50,244 nt of DNA, taken from the NCBI GenBank assembly GCA_050692015.1, contig JBOGTE010000002.1, positions 1 to 50,244 on the forward strand, given 5' to 3'. This DNA is from Candidatus Limnocylindria bacterium. GTDB lineage: Bacteria; Chloroflexota; Limnocylindria; P2-11E. Within the stretch, counting starts at the first letter, position 1. The number at the start of each line of letters is the position of its first letter. Position numbers and translations under genes: made by a program. Below are positions 26,774 through 36,227 of the stretch, one piece after another. Below the pieces are notes generated by a model that had not been told where the DNA came from, made no database searches, and saw only the letters and a program-made list of their open reading frames with translations.

Positions 26774-27697
26774 TCACCCGGCGGATCGGCCGGCCAGTGC
26801 GCGCGTCGCTCGACCCGGGGGCTCCCGGCCGAGAAGGCCGCACATCCAGGTCGCGGCCTCCGCCACCTTCACCGCGTCCACCCCGGTCTCCACGCCGAGC
26901 CCGTCGAGCATCCACACCAGGTCCTCGGTCGCGAGGTTCCCCGCCGCCGCCTTCGCGAACGGCGAGCCGCCGATCCCGCCGGCGCTCGCGTCGATGGTCG
27001 TGACGCCGAGCTCGAGCGCGACGAGGACGTTCGCCAGCGCCTGGCCGTAGGTGTCGTGGAAGTGCACGGCGAGGCGGTCGGCGCGCGCCCCCGTGTCGAG
27101 GATCGCGCCGATCAGCTCCTGGACCTGGCGGGGCGTGCCGCTCCCGAGCGTGTCGCCGATCGCGAGCTCGTCGATGCCGAGCTCGAGGAGCCGCTCGGCC
27201 TGGGCGAGCGTCGCCCCGGCCGGCGCCGGCCCCTCCCAGGGGTCGCCCAGGGCCATCGCGAGGTACGCGCGGACGCGGAGTCCCGATCCCCTGGCGCGCG
27301 CGACCAGGCTCGCGAGCGCGTCCAGCACCTCGGCGCGCGTGCGGCCGACGTTCTTGACCGAGTAGGTCTCCGTGGCCGACGCGAAGAACGCGACGTCGGT
27401 CATCCCCGCGGCGAGAGCGCGCTCCAGGCCGCGCTCGTTAGGCACGAACGCCACGTGGCGCAGGCCGGGGCGCCGCGGGAGCCGCGCCGCCACCTTCTCC
27501 GCGTCTGCGAGCTGCGGCACCGCCTCGGGCGACACGAAGCTGGTGGCCTCGATGACCCGGTGGCCCGCGGCGGCGAGCCGCTCGATGAATGCGACCTTGT
27601 CTTCCGCCGAGACGACCTGCGCCTCGGCCTGGAGCCCGTCGCGCGGCGCGACCTCCACGATCGTGACCCGCTCTGGCATGCGGTCGCGGATGGGCAC
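26774..27697 (-). CDS. hmgL: Hydroxymethylglutaryl-CoA lyase
   Basis: VTIVEVAPRDGLQ, the TIM-barrel DRE-TIM family, and HFHDTYGQALANVLVALELG. Confidence 0.85.
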   Translation of the reverse strand: MPIRDRMPERVTIVEVAPRDGLQAEAQVVSAEDKVAFIERLAAAGHRVIEATSFVSPEAVPQLADAEKVAARLPRRPGLRHVAFVPNERGLERALAAGMTDVAFFASATETYSVKNVGRTRAEVLDALASLVARARGSGLRVRAYLAMALGDPWEGPAPAGATLAQAERLLELGIDELAIGDTLGSGTPRQVQELIGAILDTGARADRLAVHFHDTYGQALANVLVALELGVTTIDASAGGIGGSPFAKAAAGNLATEDLVWMLDGLGVETGVDAVKVAEAATWMCGLLGREPPGRATRALAGRSAG

Positions 27698-27718
27698 CGC
27701 GGGCTATCGTGCCACGCG

Positions 27719-28315
27719 ATGGAGTTCCAGGAAGTCATCCGCAAGCGGAAGATGGTGCGCAGCTTCGAGGACCGTCCGATCCCAGCCGAGATGGTCGAGC
27801 GCATCCTCGCGAACGCGCGGAAGGCGCCGTCCGCGGGTTTCAGCCAGCCCTTCCAGTTCCTGGTGTTCGACGGCAAGGACGAGGTGACTCGTTTCTGGGA
27901 TGTGGTGAACCCCGAGCGCGAAGGCGGCTGGCCGGATCTGTTCAACGCTCCTCTCATGATCGTCTGCTGCTCCGTAAAGGACCTCAGTATCGATCGATAT
28001 GCCCTGCCCGATAAGGGCTGGACCGACCGCAGCGAGTCGCACTGGCCGGTCCCGTACTGGGACATCGACACCGCGATGTCGGCCATGAGCATCCTGCTGA
28101 CGGCGGTCGATGCGGGGCTAGGCGCGCTGTTCTTCGGCATCTTCCGGATGAAGGAGTTCAAGGAGACGTTCGGTGTCCCGGAGCGGGTCACTCCGATCGG
28201 CGCGATCGCCATCGGCTACCCCAAGCCGAAGGACCGCCCGTCGCCGTCGATCAAGACCGTCGGCCGCCGCCCGGCGGAGCAGCTCGTCCACCGCGCGATG
28301 TGGGGGAGGCACTGA
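27719..28315 (+). CDS. Nitroreductase-family protein
   Basis: MEFQEVIRKRKMVRSFEDRPIP is the classic nitroreductase N-terminus. Only the 3' part of the long 26768-28315 ORF is real. Confidence 0.75.
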   Translation: MEFQEVIRKRKMVRSFEDRPIPAEMVERILANARKAPSAGFSQPFQFLVFDGKDEVTRFWDVVNPEREGGWPDLFNAPLMIVCCSVKDLSIDRYALPDKGWTDRSESHWPVPYWDIDTAMSAMSILLTAVDAGLGALFFGIFRMKEFKETFGVPERVTPIGAIAIGYPKPKDRPSPSIKTVGRRPAEQLVHRAMWGRH

Positions 28316-28357
28316 CGGACGAGCGGATCCTGGTCCGCGAGAAGGGCCGCTAGCGCC

Positions 28358-30277
28358 TTAGCCGGCGGGCTTGAACTCGGCGATGCGCTGGCCGCGGCGC
28401 AGCTGGTCGCCGGCCGAGCACAGCAGGCGCGTGACGGTGCCGTCGGCGGGCGCGTCGATCCGCAGCTCCATCTTCATCGCCTCGATCACCGCCACCGCGT
28501 CGCCCCGGCGCACGCGCTGGCCCGCGGAGGCGTGGACGGCCAGCAGCACGCCCGGCATGGGCGCCACGATCTCCGCCGCGGCCGCGGCCTGGGCCACGTC
28601 CCGCTCGACGGGATCGGTCCGCAGCTCGTAGGTGGAGCCGCGCCAGGACACCCACACGCGCGGTCCGTCGGTGGCGACCGCGGCGGGCGAGCCTCCCAGG
28701 CTCCAGGCGTGCGGCTCAGCTTCGTCCTTCGCCGCGTGCGACCCGCTCACCACGTAGGGGCCTTCGCCCTCGACCAGGACGGCGCGCTCGCTCGCTCCGT
28801 CGCGGAGCACGACCGACCCGGCGTGGCCGAGGCCGGGGCGCCAGGCGCCGAGAGCGCTCCAGGGATCGCGAGACGTGCGCGGCCGAGCGTCGATGACGCC
28901 GGTGGCCGCGAGAGTGTGGACCTCGTCCGGAGTGTCCCCGTGAGGGACGAGCTCCAGGGTCTGCTCCTCGACGAAGCTCGTGGTCACGCGCCCGGCGCGC
29001 ACCTCCGAGTGGGAGAGGTAGCGAAGCAGGAACGGGATGTTCGTCCGGACCCCGAGGACCTCGGTGCGCTGGAGCGCCTCGGCCAGCGCGTCGAGAGCGC
29101 CGCCGCGGTCGTCAGCGCGCGCGATCAGCTTCGCCAGGAGCGGGTCGTACTCCGCCGTGACCACCGACCCCTCCTCGTACCCCGCGTCCACCCGGACGCC
29201 CTCGGGCCACCTCACGTGCAGGAGCTTTCCGGTGGAGGGCAGGAACCCGGCGGCGGGGTCCTCCGCGTAGATGCGCGCCTCTACCGCGTGCCCGGCGGGT
29301 GAGGCCTTCGCGAGCACCAGGCGCTCACCGGCGGCGATCCGGAGCTGCTGCTCCACCAGGTCGAAGCCGGTCAGCTCCTCGGTGACCGTGTGCTCCACCT
29401 GCAGCCGCGCGTTCACCTCGAGGAAGTAGGCCTCGCCCTTCTGGTCCACGACGAACTCGACCGTCCCCGCGCCCACGTAGCGCGCCGCGTGCGCCATCGT
29501 CGTGGCCGACTCGGCGAGCTTCTGGCGCTGCCACCGCGTCAGCCCGGGCGCGGGTCCCTCTTCCACGATCTTCTGGTGCCGTCGCTGCGCCGAGCAGTCG
29601 CGCTCGCCGAGCGCGCGCACGCGGTCGTGCCGGTCCGCCAGGATCTGCACCTCGATGTGCCGCGGGCCTGTGACGTACCGCTCGAGCAGCAGGCGCTCGT
29701 CGCCGAAGGCCGCGAGGGCGATGCGCCGGGCGCGGGCCAGCGCTTCGCGTAGCCCGGCCGCTTTCACCACGACCTGCATGCCGATCCCGCCGCCGCCCGC
29801 GGTGGGCTTGACGATGACGGGGTAGCCGATCCGCTTGGCCGCCTCGGCGAACGCCGCGTCGCGCTGGTCCTCCTCGGCGTATCCGGGAAGCACGGCGATC
29901 CCCGCGCGCCGCGCCACCGACTTCGCCTCGGACTTCGAGCCGAGCGTGGCGAGCACGTCGGCGGGCGGGCCGACGAAGGTCAGCCCCGCGTCCGTCACCG
30001 CCCGGGCGAACGCCGGCTCCTCGGCGAGGAAGCCGTACCCGGGATGTACCAGGTCCGCGCCCGCTTCGGCCGCTGCGGCGAGGATCCGTGGGATGGAGAG
30101 GTACGACTCGCGCGCCGGCGACGGCCCGATGTGCACTGCACGATCGGCCTCGCGCACGTGCGGCGCACCGGCGTCCGCATCCGAGTACACCGCGACCGTG
30201 GTCAGGCCCATCCGGCGTCCGGTGCGGATTACGCGGCGCGCGATCTCGGCGCGGTTCGCCACCAGGAGCGTGGTCAC
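28358..30277 (-). CDS. Acyl-CoA carboxylase alpha subunit (biotin carboxylase + BCCP), likely methylcrotonyl-CoA carboxylase alpha
   Basis: GTG start VTTLLVANRAEIARRVIRT. ATP-grasp and biotin-carboxylase motifs. C-terminal biotinyl site EAMKME. Confidence 0.85.
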   Translation of the reverse strand: MTTLLVANRAEIARRVIRTGRRMGLTTVAVYSDADAGAPHVREADRAVHIGPSPARESYLSIPRILAAAAEAGADLVHPGYGFLAEEPAFARAVTDAGLTFVGPPADVLATLGSKSEAKSVARRAGIAVLPGYAEEDQRDAAFAEAAKRIGYPVIVKPTAGGGGIGMQVVVKAAGLREALARARRIALAAFGDERLLLERYVTGPRHIEVQILADRHDRVRALGERDCSAQRRHQKIVEEGPAPGLTRWQRQKLAESATTMAHAARYVGAGTVEFVVDQKGEAYFLEVNARLQVEHTVTEELTGFDLVEQQLRIAAGERLVLAKASPAGHAVEARIYAEDPAAGFLPSTGKLLHVRWPEGVRVDAGYEEGSVVTAEYDPLLAKLIARADDRGGALDALAEALQRTEVLGVRTNIPFLLRYLSHSEVRAGRVTTSFVEEQTLELVPHGDTPDEVHTLAATGVIDARPRTSRDPWSALGAWRPGLGHAGSVVLRDGASERAVLVEGEGPYVVSGSHAAKDEAEPHAWSLGGSPAAVATDGPRVWVSWRGSTYELRTDPVERDVAQAAAAAEIVAPMPGVLLAVHASAGQRVRRGDAVAVIEAMKMELRIDAPADGTVTRLLCSAGDQLRRGQRIAEFKPAG

Positions 30278-30357
30278 GCCGGGAGTGTGCCTGAGTCGAT
30301 CCGCGCCGAGCCCGCTGGCCGGTGAGGACGAGCGACGCGTGTATGGGCCGAAGGCCC

Positions 30358-31944
30358 TTACATGCGGAAGACGCCGTAGCGCGGCGGCCGCTCGATGGGG
30401 GAGTGGCGCGCGGCCGCGATGCCGAGCGCTAGGACGTTGCGTGTGTCCAGCGGGTCGATGACGCCGTCGTCCCAGAGCCGCGCAGTCGAGTAGTAGGGCG
30501 AGCCCTGCGTCTCGTACTGCTCGCGGATCCGCGCCCGGAAGGACTCCCGCGCCGCGTCGTTCTCGAACGTTCCGACCAGGCTGAGCACGCTCGCGGCCTG
30601 CTCGCCGCCCATCACGCTGATCCGCGCGTTCGGCCACATCCAGAGCTGCCGGGGCTGGTAGGCACGGCCGGCCATCCCGTAGTTCCCGGCGCCGAAGCTG
30701 CCGCCAATGATCACCGTGAACTTGGGCACCGTGGCGCACGCGACGGCCATGACCATCTTGGCCCCGTCCTTCGCGATCCCGCCGGCCTCGTACTCCTTCC
30801 CGACCATGAACCCGGCGATGTTCTGGAGGAACACCAGTGGGACCCCGCGCTGGTCGCAGAGCTCGATGAAGTGCGTGGCCTTGAGCGCGCTCTCGCTGAA
30901 GAGGATCCCGTTGTTGGCCACGATGCCGACGCGGAAGCCCATGATCCGCGCGAAGCCGCAGACGACCGTCGTCCCGTAGAGCGCCTTGAACTCCTGGAAC
31001 CGCGAGCCGTCCACGATGCGCGCGATCACCTCGTGCACGTCGTACGGCTGGCGTACGTCCACCGGGACGAGGGCGTAGAGGTCGTTCGGGTCGAGCGCGG
31101 GGGGCTCCGGGTCGGCCACGTCCTCGCCCCAATAGGTCGGCCGGTCGAGCTGCGCGACCATCGCGCGCGCGATGGCGAGCGCGTGCGCGTCGTCCACGGC
31201 GTAGTGGTCTGCGACACCACTGGTGCGCGCGTGGACATCCGCGCCGCCGAGGTCCTCGGCCGTCACCTCCTCGCCGGTCGCGGCCTTCACCAGCGGCGGG
31301 CCGCCCAGGAAGATCGTGCCCTGGCCCTTCACGATGACGACCTCGTCACTCATCGCGGGCACGTACGCACCGCCGGCGGTGCAGGACCCCATCACGACGG
31401 CGAGCTGGGGCACGCCCAGGCGCGACAGCCGCGCCTGCTCGAAGAAGATCCGACCGAAGTGGTCGCGGTCGGGGAAGACCTCGTCCTGGAGCGGCAGGAA
31501 CGCGCCGCCCGAGTCCACGAGGTAGATGCAGGGGAGGAGGTTCTCGCGCGCGATCTCCTGCGCGCGGAGGTGCTTCTTGACGGTGACGGGGTAGTACGTG
31601 CCGCCCTTGACGGTCGCGTCGTTGGCCACGATCACGCACTCCTGGCCGGACACGCGGCCGATGCCGGTGACGATGCCGGCCGACGGCGCGTCGCCGTCGT
31701 ACATGCCGTAGGCCGCGAGGGGCGACAGCTCCAGGAACGGGGTCGCCGAGTCGAGGAGCCGCTCGACGCGCTCGCGCGGGAGGAGCTTGCCCGCGCGGAC
31801 GTGCCGCTCGCGGGCGCGCTCCGGGCCGCCCTGCCGCGTCTTCTCGAGGCGCTCGCGTAGCTCGGCGACGAGGCCCGCCATGTGCTCGCGGCTGCCCTTG
31901 GCCTGGTCGGACGTGCGGTCGAGGGCCGAGCGGAGCAGCGTCAT
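30358..31944 (-). CDS. Acyl-CoA carboxylase carboxyltransferase (beta) subunit, likely methylcrotonyl-CoA carboxylase beta
   Basis: 528 aa. Carboxyltransferase N and C domains ([19 protein letters not shown]..., [11 protein letters not shown]). Confidence 0.85.
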   Translation of the reverse strand: MTLLRSALDRTSDQAKGSREHMAGLVAELRERLEKTRQGGPERARERHVRAGKLLPRERVERLLDSATPFLELSPLAAYGMYDGDAPSAGIVTGIGRVSGQECVIVANDATVKGGTYYPVTVKKHLRAQEIARENLLPCIYLVDSGGAFLPLQDEVFPDRDHFGRIFFEQARLSRLGVPQLAVVMGSCTAGGAYVPAMSDEVVIVKGQGTIFLGGPPLVKAATGEEVTAEDLGGADVHARTSGVADHYAVDDAHALAIARAMVAQLDRPTYWGEDVADPEPPALDPNDLYALVPVDVRQPYDVHEVIARIVDGSRFQEFKALYGTTVVCGFARIMGFRVGIVANNGILFSESALKATHFIELCDQRGVPLVFLQNIAGFMVGKEYEAGGIAKDGAKMVMAVACATVPKFTVIIGGSFGAGNYGMAGRAYQPRQLWMWPNARISVMGGEQAASVLSLVGTFENDAARESFRARIREQYETQGSPYYSTARLWDDGVIDPLDTRNVLALGIAAARHSPIERPPRYGVFRM

Positions 31945-31975
31945 CTGGGCGGCGATGCTAGCGGGGCCGCCCTCG

Positions 31976-32665
31976 TCACTTCAGGTGTTCTCGGAGGGAT
32001 CCCACCGCTCGCTGCCAGGCGTCCTCGGCGTCCTGCGCCCGGTAGACGTCCTTGCGCTGCTCGTTCATGAAGGCGTGGTCCGCCTCCGGGTAGACGTGCG
32101 ACTCGAACGTCATGCCCGCGGCCCGGACGTCTTTCGCGAGCTGGTCGCGCGCGGCCTCGGTGACCATGGTGTCCTTGCCGCCGAAGATGCCGAGCACGGC
32201 GGCCTTCAGCTTCGAGAAGTCGGGCTTCACGTTCGGATGGACCCCGTAGCAGTCCACGACCGCGCCCACCTCGTCCGGCGCGACGGTGCCCGCGAGCAGC
32301 GCGATCTGCCCCCCCATGCAGAACCCGATCACTCCGACCTTGACGCTGGCGTTCGACTCGTGGGACTTCAGGAACTTCGCCGCGCCGCGCACGTCCTTGG
32401 CCGCTTCGTCGGCGTTCAGCGCCATGAACAGCTTGCCCGCCTCGTCGGGCTCGCCGATCGGGACGGTCTTGCCGTGCCAGAGGTCCGGTGCCAGCGCGGC
32501 GAAGCCCTCCTCGGCGAAGCGGTCGGTCACGCCCCGGATCTGGTCGTTCAGGCCCCACCACTCCTGGATGACGACCACGCCCGGCCCCCGCCCCGCCGCC
32601 GGCGTCGCCAGGTAGCCGCGGGTGGTCCGGCCGTTGCTCGGGTACTGGACGTTCTGCCCTGCCAT
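31976..32665 (-). CDS. Dienelactone hydrolase-family protein
   Basis: [12 protein letters not shown], nucleophile GFCMGG, and HAF. Confidence 0.8.
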   Translation of the reverse strand: MAGQNVQYPSNGRTTRGYLATPAAGRGPGVVVIQEWWGLNDQIRGVTDRFAEEGFAALAPDLWHGKTVPIGEPDEAGKLFMALNADEAAKDVRGAAKFLKSHESNASVKVGVIGFCMGGQIALLAGTVAPDEVGAVVDCYGVHPNVKPDFSKLKAAVLGIFGGKDTMVTEAARDQLAKDVRAAGMTFESHVYPEADHAFMNEQRKDVYRAQDAEDAWQRAVGSLREHLK

Positions 32666-32773
32666 CGCGTCCTCCCCTCCCGCGCCTCGATCTGCGCAGC
32701 TGGCCGGCGCGGGGAGTGGGGACGTAGTAGCAGGAATTCGTTCGGCGTGGCCGGGGCCCGTCGGGCGCCGCGG

Positions 32774-33148
32774 CTACTCGGCGGCGTCGCCCCCGAGACG
32801 GTCGAAGGCGCGGGATGCGTCGCGGATGACCGTCGCCACGGTGCCCTCGGCCAGCCGGTAGCGGACGACATTGCCGGTGCGGGTCGCCGTGACGGCTCCG
32901 ATCTCCCGTAGCACGCGGAGGTGCTGGCTGGTCGCGGAGCGCGTCCTGCCGATGACGCTCGCCAGGTCGCTCGCCGCCAGAGGGGTCTCCTCCAGGGCGC
33001 GCACGATCTTGAGGCGCGTGGGGTCGCAGAGGCTCTCTAGGATCCGGCGGGCGTCCCGCTCGGAGCGCCCGCTGAGCATCTGCTTCTGGGCCGCCGTGAC
33101 GGCTGATGGGTCGATGGCGCGGTCCTGTGGCATCCGTGCCTCCCGCAA
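32774..33148 (-). CDS. ArsR/SmtB-family transcriptional regulator
   Basis: LCDPTRLKIVRALEETPLAASDLASVIGRTRSATSQHLRVLREIGAV is a wHTH of the ArsR type. Confidence 0.8.
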   Translation of the reverse strand: MREARMPQDRAIDPSAVTAAQKQMLSGRSERDARRILESLCDPTRLKIVRALEETPLAASDLASVIGRTRSATSQHLRVLREIGAVTATRTGNVVRYRLAEGTVATVIRDASRAFDRLGGDAAE

Positions 33149-33260
33149 TGCGTCCGATCTCCGCTTTTCGGTGCTCAGATGCAGGACGCGTGCCCGTGCG
33201 CTCGGCGACTGGGTCTGCCGTCAGTCGCGTGACCTGCGGGTGACGCTCCGGCGGGCCGAA

Positions 33261-33266
33261 TAGAAT
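33261..33266 (+). promoter_or_regulatory. Putative -10 hexamer (TAGAAT) for tRNA-Arg(TCG)
   Basis: TANNNT lies 10 nt upstream of the tRNA 5' end. The same hexamer recurs before the next tRNA (33379-33384) and before the Phd antitoxin (3059-3064). Confidence 0.3.
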
Positions 33267-33276
33267 TCACTCACCT

Positions 33277-33349
33277 GGCCCCGTAGCTCAGCGGATAAAG
33301 CAACGGACTTCGAATCCGTGATCGGGAGTTCGATTCTCCCCGGGGCCGC
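33277..33349 (+). tRNA. tRNA-Arg (anticodon TCG)
   Basis: Acceptor GGCCCCG/CGGGGCC, anticodon loop cTTCGAa, T-loop GAGTTCGATTCTC. Confidence 0.85.
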
Positions 33350-33391
33350 CGAAGTCCGCGCCTCGACCACCCGACCGCTAGAATGGACTGC

Positions 33392-33464
33392 GAGCCCGTA
33401 GCTCAGCGGATAGAGCACGACGCTACGGACGTCGGGGTCGCAGGTTCGATTCCTGTCGGGCTCG
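33392..33464 (+). tRNA. tRNA-Arg (anticodon ACG)
   Basis: Acceptor GAGCCCG/CGGGCTC, anticodon loop cTACGGa, T-loop GGTTCGATTCC. TAGAAT lies 7 nt upstream. Confidence 0.85.
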
Positions 33465-34140
33465 CTGCTTCTCTACTGTCCATAGCGTCCCAAGGTCGAG
33501 GACCGGACCAGTTGCCTGGGTCTTCGAGCACCGTCAACGCGAGTCGCCGGCGATGTGTCGCGCGACGATGATCGTTCGCACAGCGCACCTCGCACTTCGC
33601 GATCTCGTCGAGGATCCGTTGCCACGGGTGCCCGTTGTGGACCAGTGTGCTGACATCGGCTGTCTTATCGCGAATGTGGTCGAAGTCGAGGACAATCGGA
33701 TCGTTCTCGCCGCAATCGACACAAGGATGTTCGGCCAGGTACTCCCGGATCAGACGTAGGTTCCGCTCGACATAGATCCTCTGGTTACGGCGGATCCGCA
33801 CCATCTGGGTATCGTGAAGACGCTGATGGCGTTCCGCGTTGTACGCGGCGATGCACGCCCTGCACCACGACTGCAACACGCTCGATCCACGGAACCGCCG
33901 CTGAAACGCTTCTGCCGGCTTCATCTCAGCGCAACGCCGGCAGGGGTACATCTCGCGTCGACCGATCACACGGGTCGAGCGGGAGGGGTTGACCGACCAG
34001 GGCCACCGCGCCCGCTGGTAGTCGCGCCGGCAGCTGCTGCACGTACTCCTGCGCCGACCGGTGTCCGCGCGGAGATCGAACTCATCCACCGGCTTGACCT
34101 CGCCGCATGAACGGCATCTCTGAACTGCGACATCGTCCAT
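33403..34140 (-). CDS. HNH-type endonuclease-like protein with N-terminal Cys-x2-Cys zinc-ribbon repeats (low-GC, likely mobile-element remnant)
   Basis: C-x2-C pairs (CRSCGEV...CSSCRRD, CRRCAEM...CRACIAAY) followed by HPCVDCGENDPIVLDFDHIRDK...VRCANDH (HNH C-x2-C...DH...N...C-x-N-x-H). Local GC about 55%. The last roughly 20 codons overlap tRNA-Arg(ACG) on the opposite strand, so the true C-terminus is uncertain. Confidence 0.6.
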   Translation of the reverse strand: MDDVAVQRCRSCGEVKPVDEFDLRADTGRRRSTCSSCRRDYQRARWPWSVNPSRSTRVIGRREMYPCRRCAEMKPAEAFQRRFRGSSVLQSWCRACIAAYNAERHQRLHDTQMVRIRRNQRIYVERNLRLIREYLAEHPCVDCGENDPIVLDFDHIRDKTADVSTLVHNGHPWQRILDEIAKCEVRCANDHRRATHRRRLALTVLEDPGNWSGPRPWDAMDSREAASPTGIEPATPTSVASCSIR

Positions 34141-34170
34141 GTGTTCCTCCGGCGCGCCTGGGCTCTCCCT

Positions 34171-34188
34171 AGGTGTTCACGAACACCT
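34171..34188. promoter_or_regulatory. 18-bp perfect palindrome AGGTGTTCacGAACACCT (operator-like) in the HNH gene promoter
   Basis: Sits immediately downstream of a minus-strand promoter (-35 TTGTCA / 17 nt / -10 TAGAAC) and upstream of a strong SD (GGAGGA, 5 nt before ATG 34140). Confidence 0.45.
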
Positions 34189-34234
34189 GTTCTACCAGGT
34201 CGGCGGCGGCTTGACAAGAGTTCAGCCAGGCGGC

Positions 34235-35014
34235 CTAGGCCATCTCCACGATCGCCTGCCAGGCCATGCGCAGGCCGGCGATGGCGACCACGCCGGCGAG
34301 CAGCAGCATCAGGACGCGCGGCTTCGTCCGCTGGCTCACCGCGGCACCGATGGGCGACGCCACCAGCGCGGCCCCGACGACGATCGCCGCGAGCGGGGGA
34401 TCGATCTGCGAGGTCGCGGCTTTCCCGATGAGCGCCGCGACCGCCGCGAACATGCCCGCCCCGAGGCTCGAGCCGATCGCGATCCGCACCGGCACTCGCA
34501 GCAGGTACACCATCGCCGCGAGCAGGAACCCGATCGCGCCGATGCCGACCATACCGCCGAAGAACCCGATGACGACCGCGATCGCCACCGCCAGCTTCTC
34601 GTTCACGTGCACCTCGTCCACGGTGCGGTCGGGATCGCGCTCCGGGCGCAGCAGGAGCGGTACGTTGATCAGCGCGAAGGCCGCGAAGATCGCGATGAGC
34701 AGCCGGTCGGGAGCCGCCCCCGACACGAGCGCCCCTACCAGTGAGGCCATGCCGCCGGTGGGCCCCATCAGCCGGACCAGGCGGCCCGAGACGTTCCCGT
34801 AGCTGCGGTGGCGGAGCATCCCGAGCGTGCTGCCGGAGATGGCCTGAACGATGGTCAGGCCGGTGATGATCTTGATCGGCAGCACGGTCGCCCCCACCAG
34901 CGGGGGCACATATAGAAGGAGTGGGGTCAGCACGATCCCGCCGCCGATCCCCAGCAGCCCGGAGAGGAACGACGAGACCGCGCCGAAGACCGCCGTGAGC
35001 AGCTCTACGGGCAC
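34235..35014 (-). CDS. TauE/SafE-family (DUF81) sulfite/anion exporter
   Basis: 259-aa polytopic membrane protein with two internal repeats each containing the GxGGG motif (GIGGGIV, GMVGIGA). Confidence 0.75.
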   Translation of the reverse strand: MPVELLTAVFGAVSSFLSGLLGIGGGIVLTPLLLYVPPLVGATVLPIKIITGLTIVQAISGSTLGMLRHRSYGNVSGRLVRLMGPTGGMASLVGALVSGAAPDRLLIAIFAAFALINVPLLLRPERDPDRTVDEVHVNEKLAVAIAVVIGFFGGMVGIGAIGFLLAAMVYLLRVPVRIAIGSSLGAGMFAAVAALIGKAATSQIDPPLAAIVVGAALVASPIGAAVSQRTKPRVLMLLLAGVVAIAGLRMAWQAIVEMA

Positions 35015-35088
35015 CGGACGGCCCTCGCAGCAGTCAGCCCGCCCTGCTGCTCGATCATCACAGTGAGCCGGAGCGTATACAGGAACGG

Positions 35089-35163
35089 ATGAAGACGGCC
35101 TTCCTCTGGGTCATCGTCGCGCTGATCATCGCGAGCCTCGTTATCTCGAGCACCTGCGCGTGA
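35089..35163 (+). CDS. Candidate 24-aa hydrophobic micro-protein/uORF overlapping the start of the Kelch gene
   Basis: ATG with AGGAAC 3 nt upstream. Encodes MKTAFLWVIVALIIASLVISSTCA. Its TGA (35161-63) overlaps the GTG start (35160-62) of the downstream gene. Confidence 0.3.
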   Translation: MKTAFLWVIVALIIASLVISSTCA

Positions 35164-36218
35164 CGCGCGCGCGGCTGGCGCCGGCGATGGCCGTTGCGCT
35201 GCTCTGGGCCTCCTGCACACCGGCTGAGCCCGGCGCCGTGGTGGCGACATCGCCTGCCGCGCCCGCCCCGACCACGACGACGACGGCGCCGCCGTCCGCC
35301 GACCCGGCGACCCAGGCACCAGCGGGTATGTCCTGGTCGCGCATCCCCGACATCCCGACTCCGCGCAGCGAGGTCGCGGCGACGCTCTTCGACGGCCACA
35401 TCTACGTGATCGGCGGGTTCGGCGGTCTGGCGGTCGTGGAACGGTACGACGCGCTGAACAGGCGGTGGGAGCGGATGCCCGATCTGCCGATCGGCGTGGA
35501 CCATCCGATGGCGGCATCGGTGGACGGGCCGAACGCCGGCGTCTACGTCATCGGCGGGAACTCTGGGGGCCGACCGAGCGAACGCGTCTTCCGGCTGGCA
35601 CCGGGTGCCTCGGCATGGCAGGAAGTGGCGCCCATGCCGGGCCCTCGCTCTGCCGGCGGTGCGGCCTCCACATTTCTCGGATCGCAGGGGCCTGAGCCCG
35701 AGCTGATCGTCGTGATCGGGGGCGCGTCCGGCCGCGGACTCGAGCCGGCCACATTCGTCTACGACACGGTCGCGGACGCCTGGTCGTCGCGCGCGCCCGT
35801 GCCCACGCCGCGCGACCATCTCGCGGTGGCGTGGGTCAGTGCGAGGATCTGCGCCGTGGGTGGGCGCACGCTCTCGATGGCACGGAACCTCGCGGCCTTC
35901 GAGTGCTACGACCCGAGGACCGACACGTGGGAGCGCATGCCCGCCGCGCCGACGGCACGTGGCGGCGTCGGAGCGGCGGTCGCCGGCAAGCGCCTCTTCT
36001 TCATCGGCGGCGAGCAGCCGCAGGGCACCTTCAACGAGGTCGAGATCTACGACCTGGCAACGGGGACCTGGACGCGGGGGCCGGACCTGCCGACCGCCAG
36101 GCATGGCATCGGCGTCGTGGCCTACAACGACCAGGTCTTCGTGATGACCGGTGGGCCCACCCCGGGCGGGAGCCAGACGGCGGTCTGTGAGGTGCTGACC
36201 ATCACGGCGGCCCGCTGA
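35160..36218 (+). CDS. Kelch-repeat beta-propeller protein, probable secreted/lipoprotein
   Basis: Signal peptide MTRARLAPAMAVALLWASC, a PT-rich linker, and repeated 'YVIGG / VIGGxxG / AVGG / FIGG' Kelch blades. Confidence 0.75.
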   Translation: MTRARLAPAMAVALLWASCTPAEPGAVVATSPAAPAPTTTTTAPPSADPATQAPAGMSWSRIPDIPTPRSEVAATLFDGHIYVIGGFGGLAVVERYDALNRRWERMPDLPIGVDHPMAASVDGPNAGVYVIGGNSGGRPSERVFRLAPGASAWQEVAPMPGPRSAGGAASTFLGSQGPEPELIVVIGGASGRGLEPATFVYDTVADAWSSRAPVPTPRDHLAVAWVSARICAVGGRTLSMARNLAAFECYDPRTDTWERMPAAPTARGGVGAAVAGKRLFFIGGEQPQGTFNEVEIYDLATGTWTRGPDLPTARHGIGVVAYNDQVFVMTGGPTPGGSQTAVCEVLTITAAR

Positions 36219-36227
36219 CCGCGGCGC

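Noticed and set aside
31945-31975. GGGCGGC...GCCGCCC hairpin between the dienelactone hydrolase and carboxyltransferase genes, and CCCCTCCCGCGCC...GGCGCGGGGAGTGGGG at 32670-32720
   Set aside because: They are GC-rich inverted repeats without a downstream U-tract in the transcribed orientation. They are probably structured intergenic spacers and not intrinsic terminators. Function not assignable.
34209-34214. Perfect TTGACA hexamer on the plus strand upstream of 34235
   Set aside because: No acceptable -10 sits at 16-18 nt spacing. It would drive transcription antisense to the TauE gene. The better promoter in this spacer is on the minus strand.
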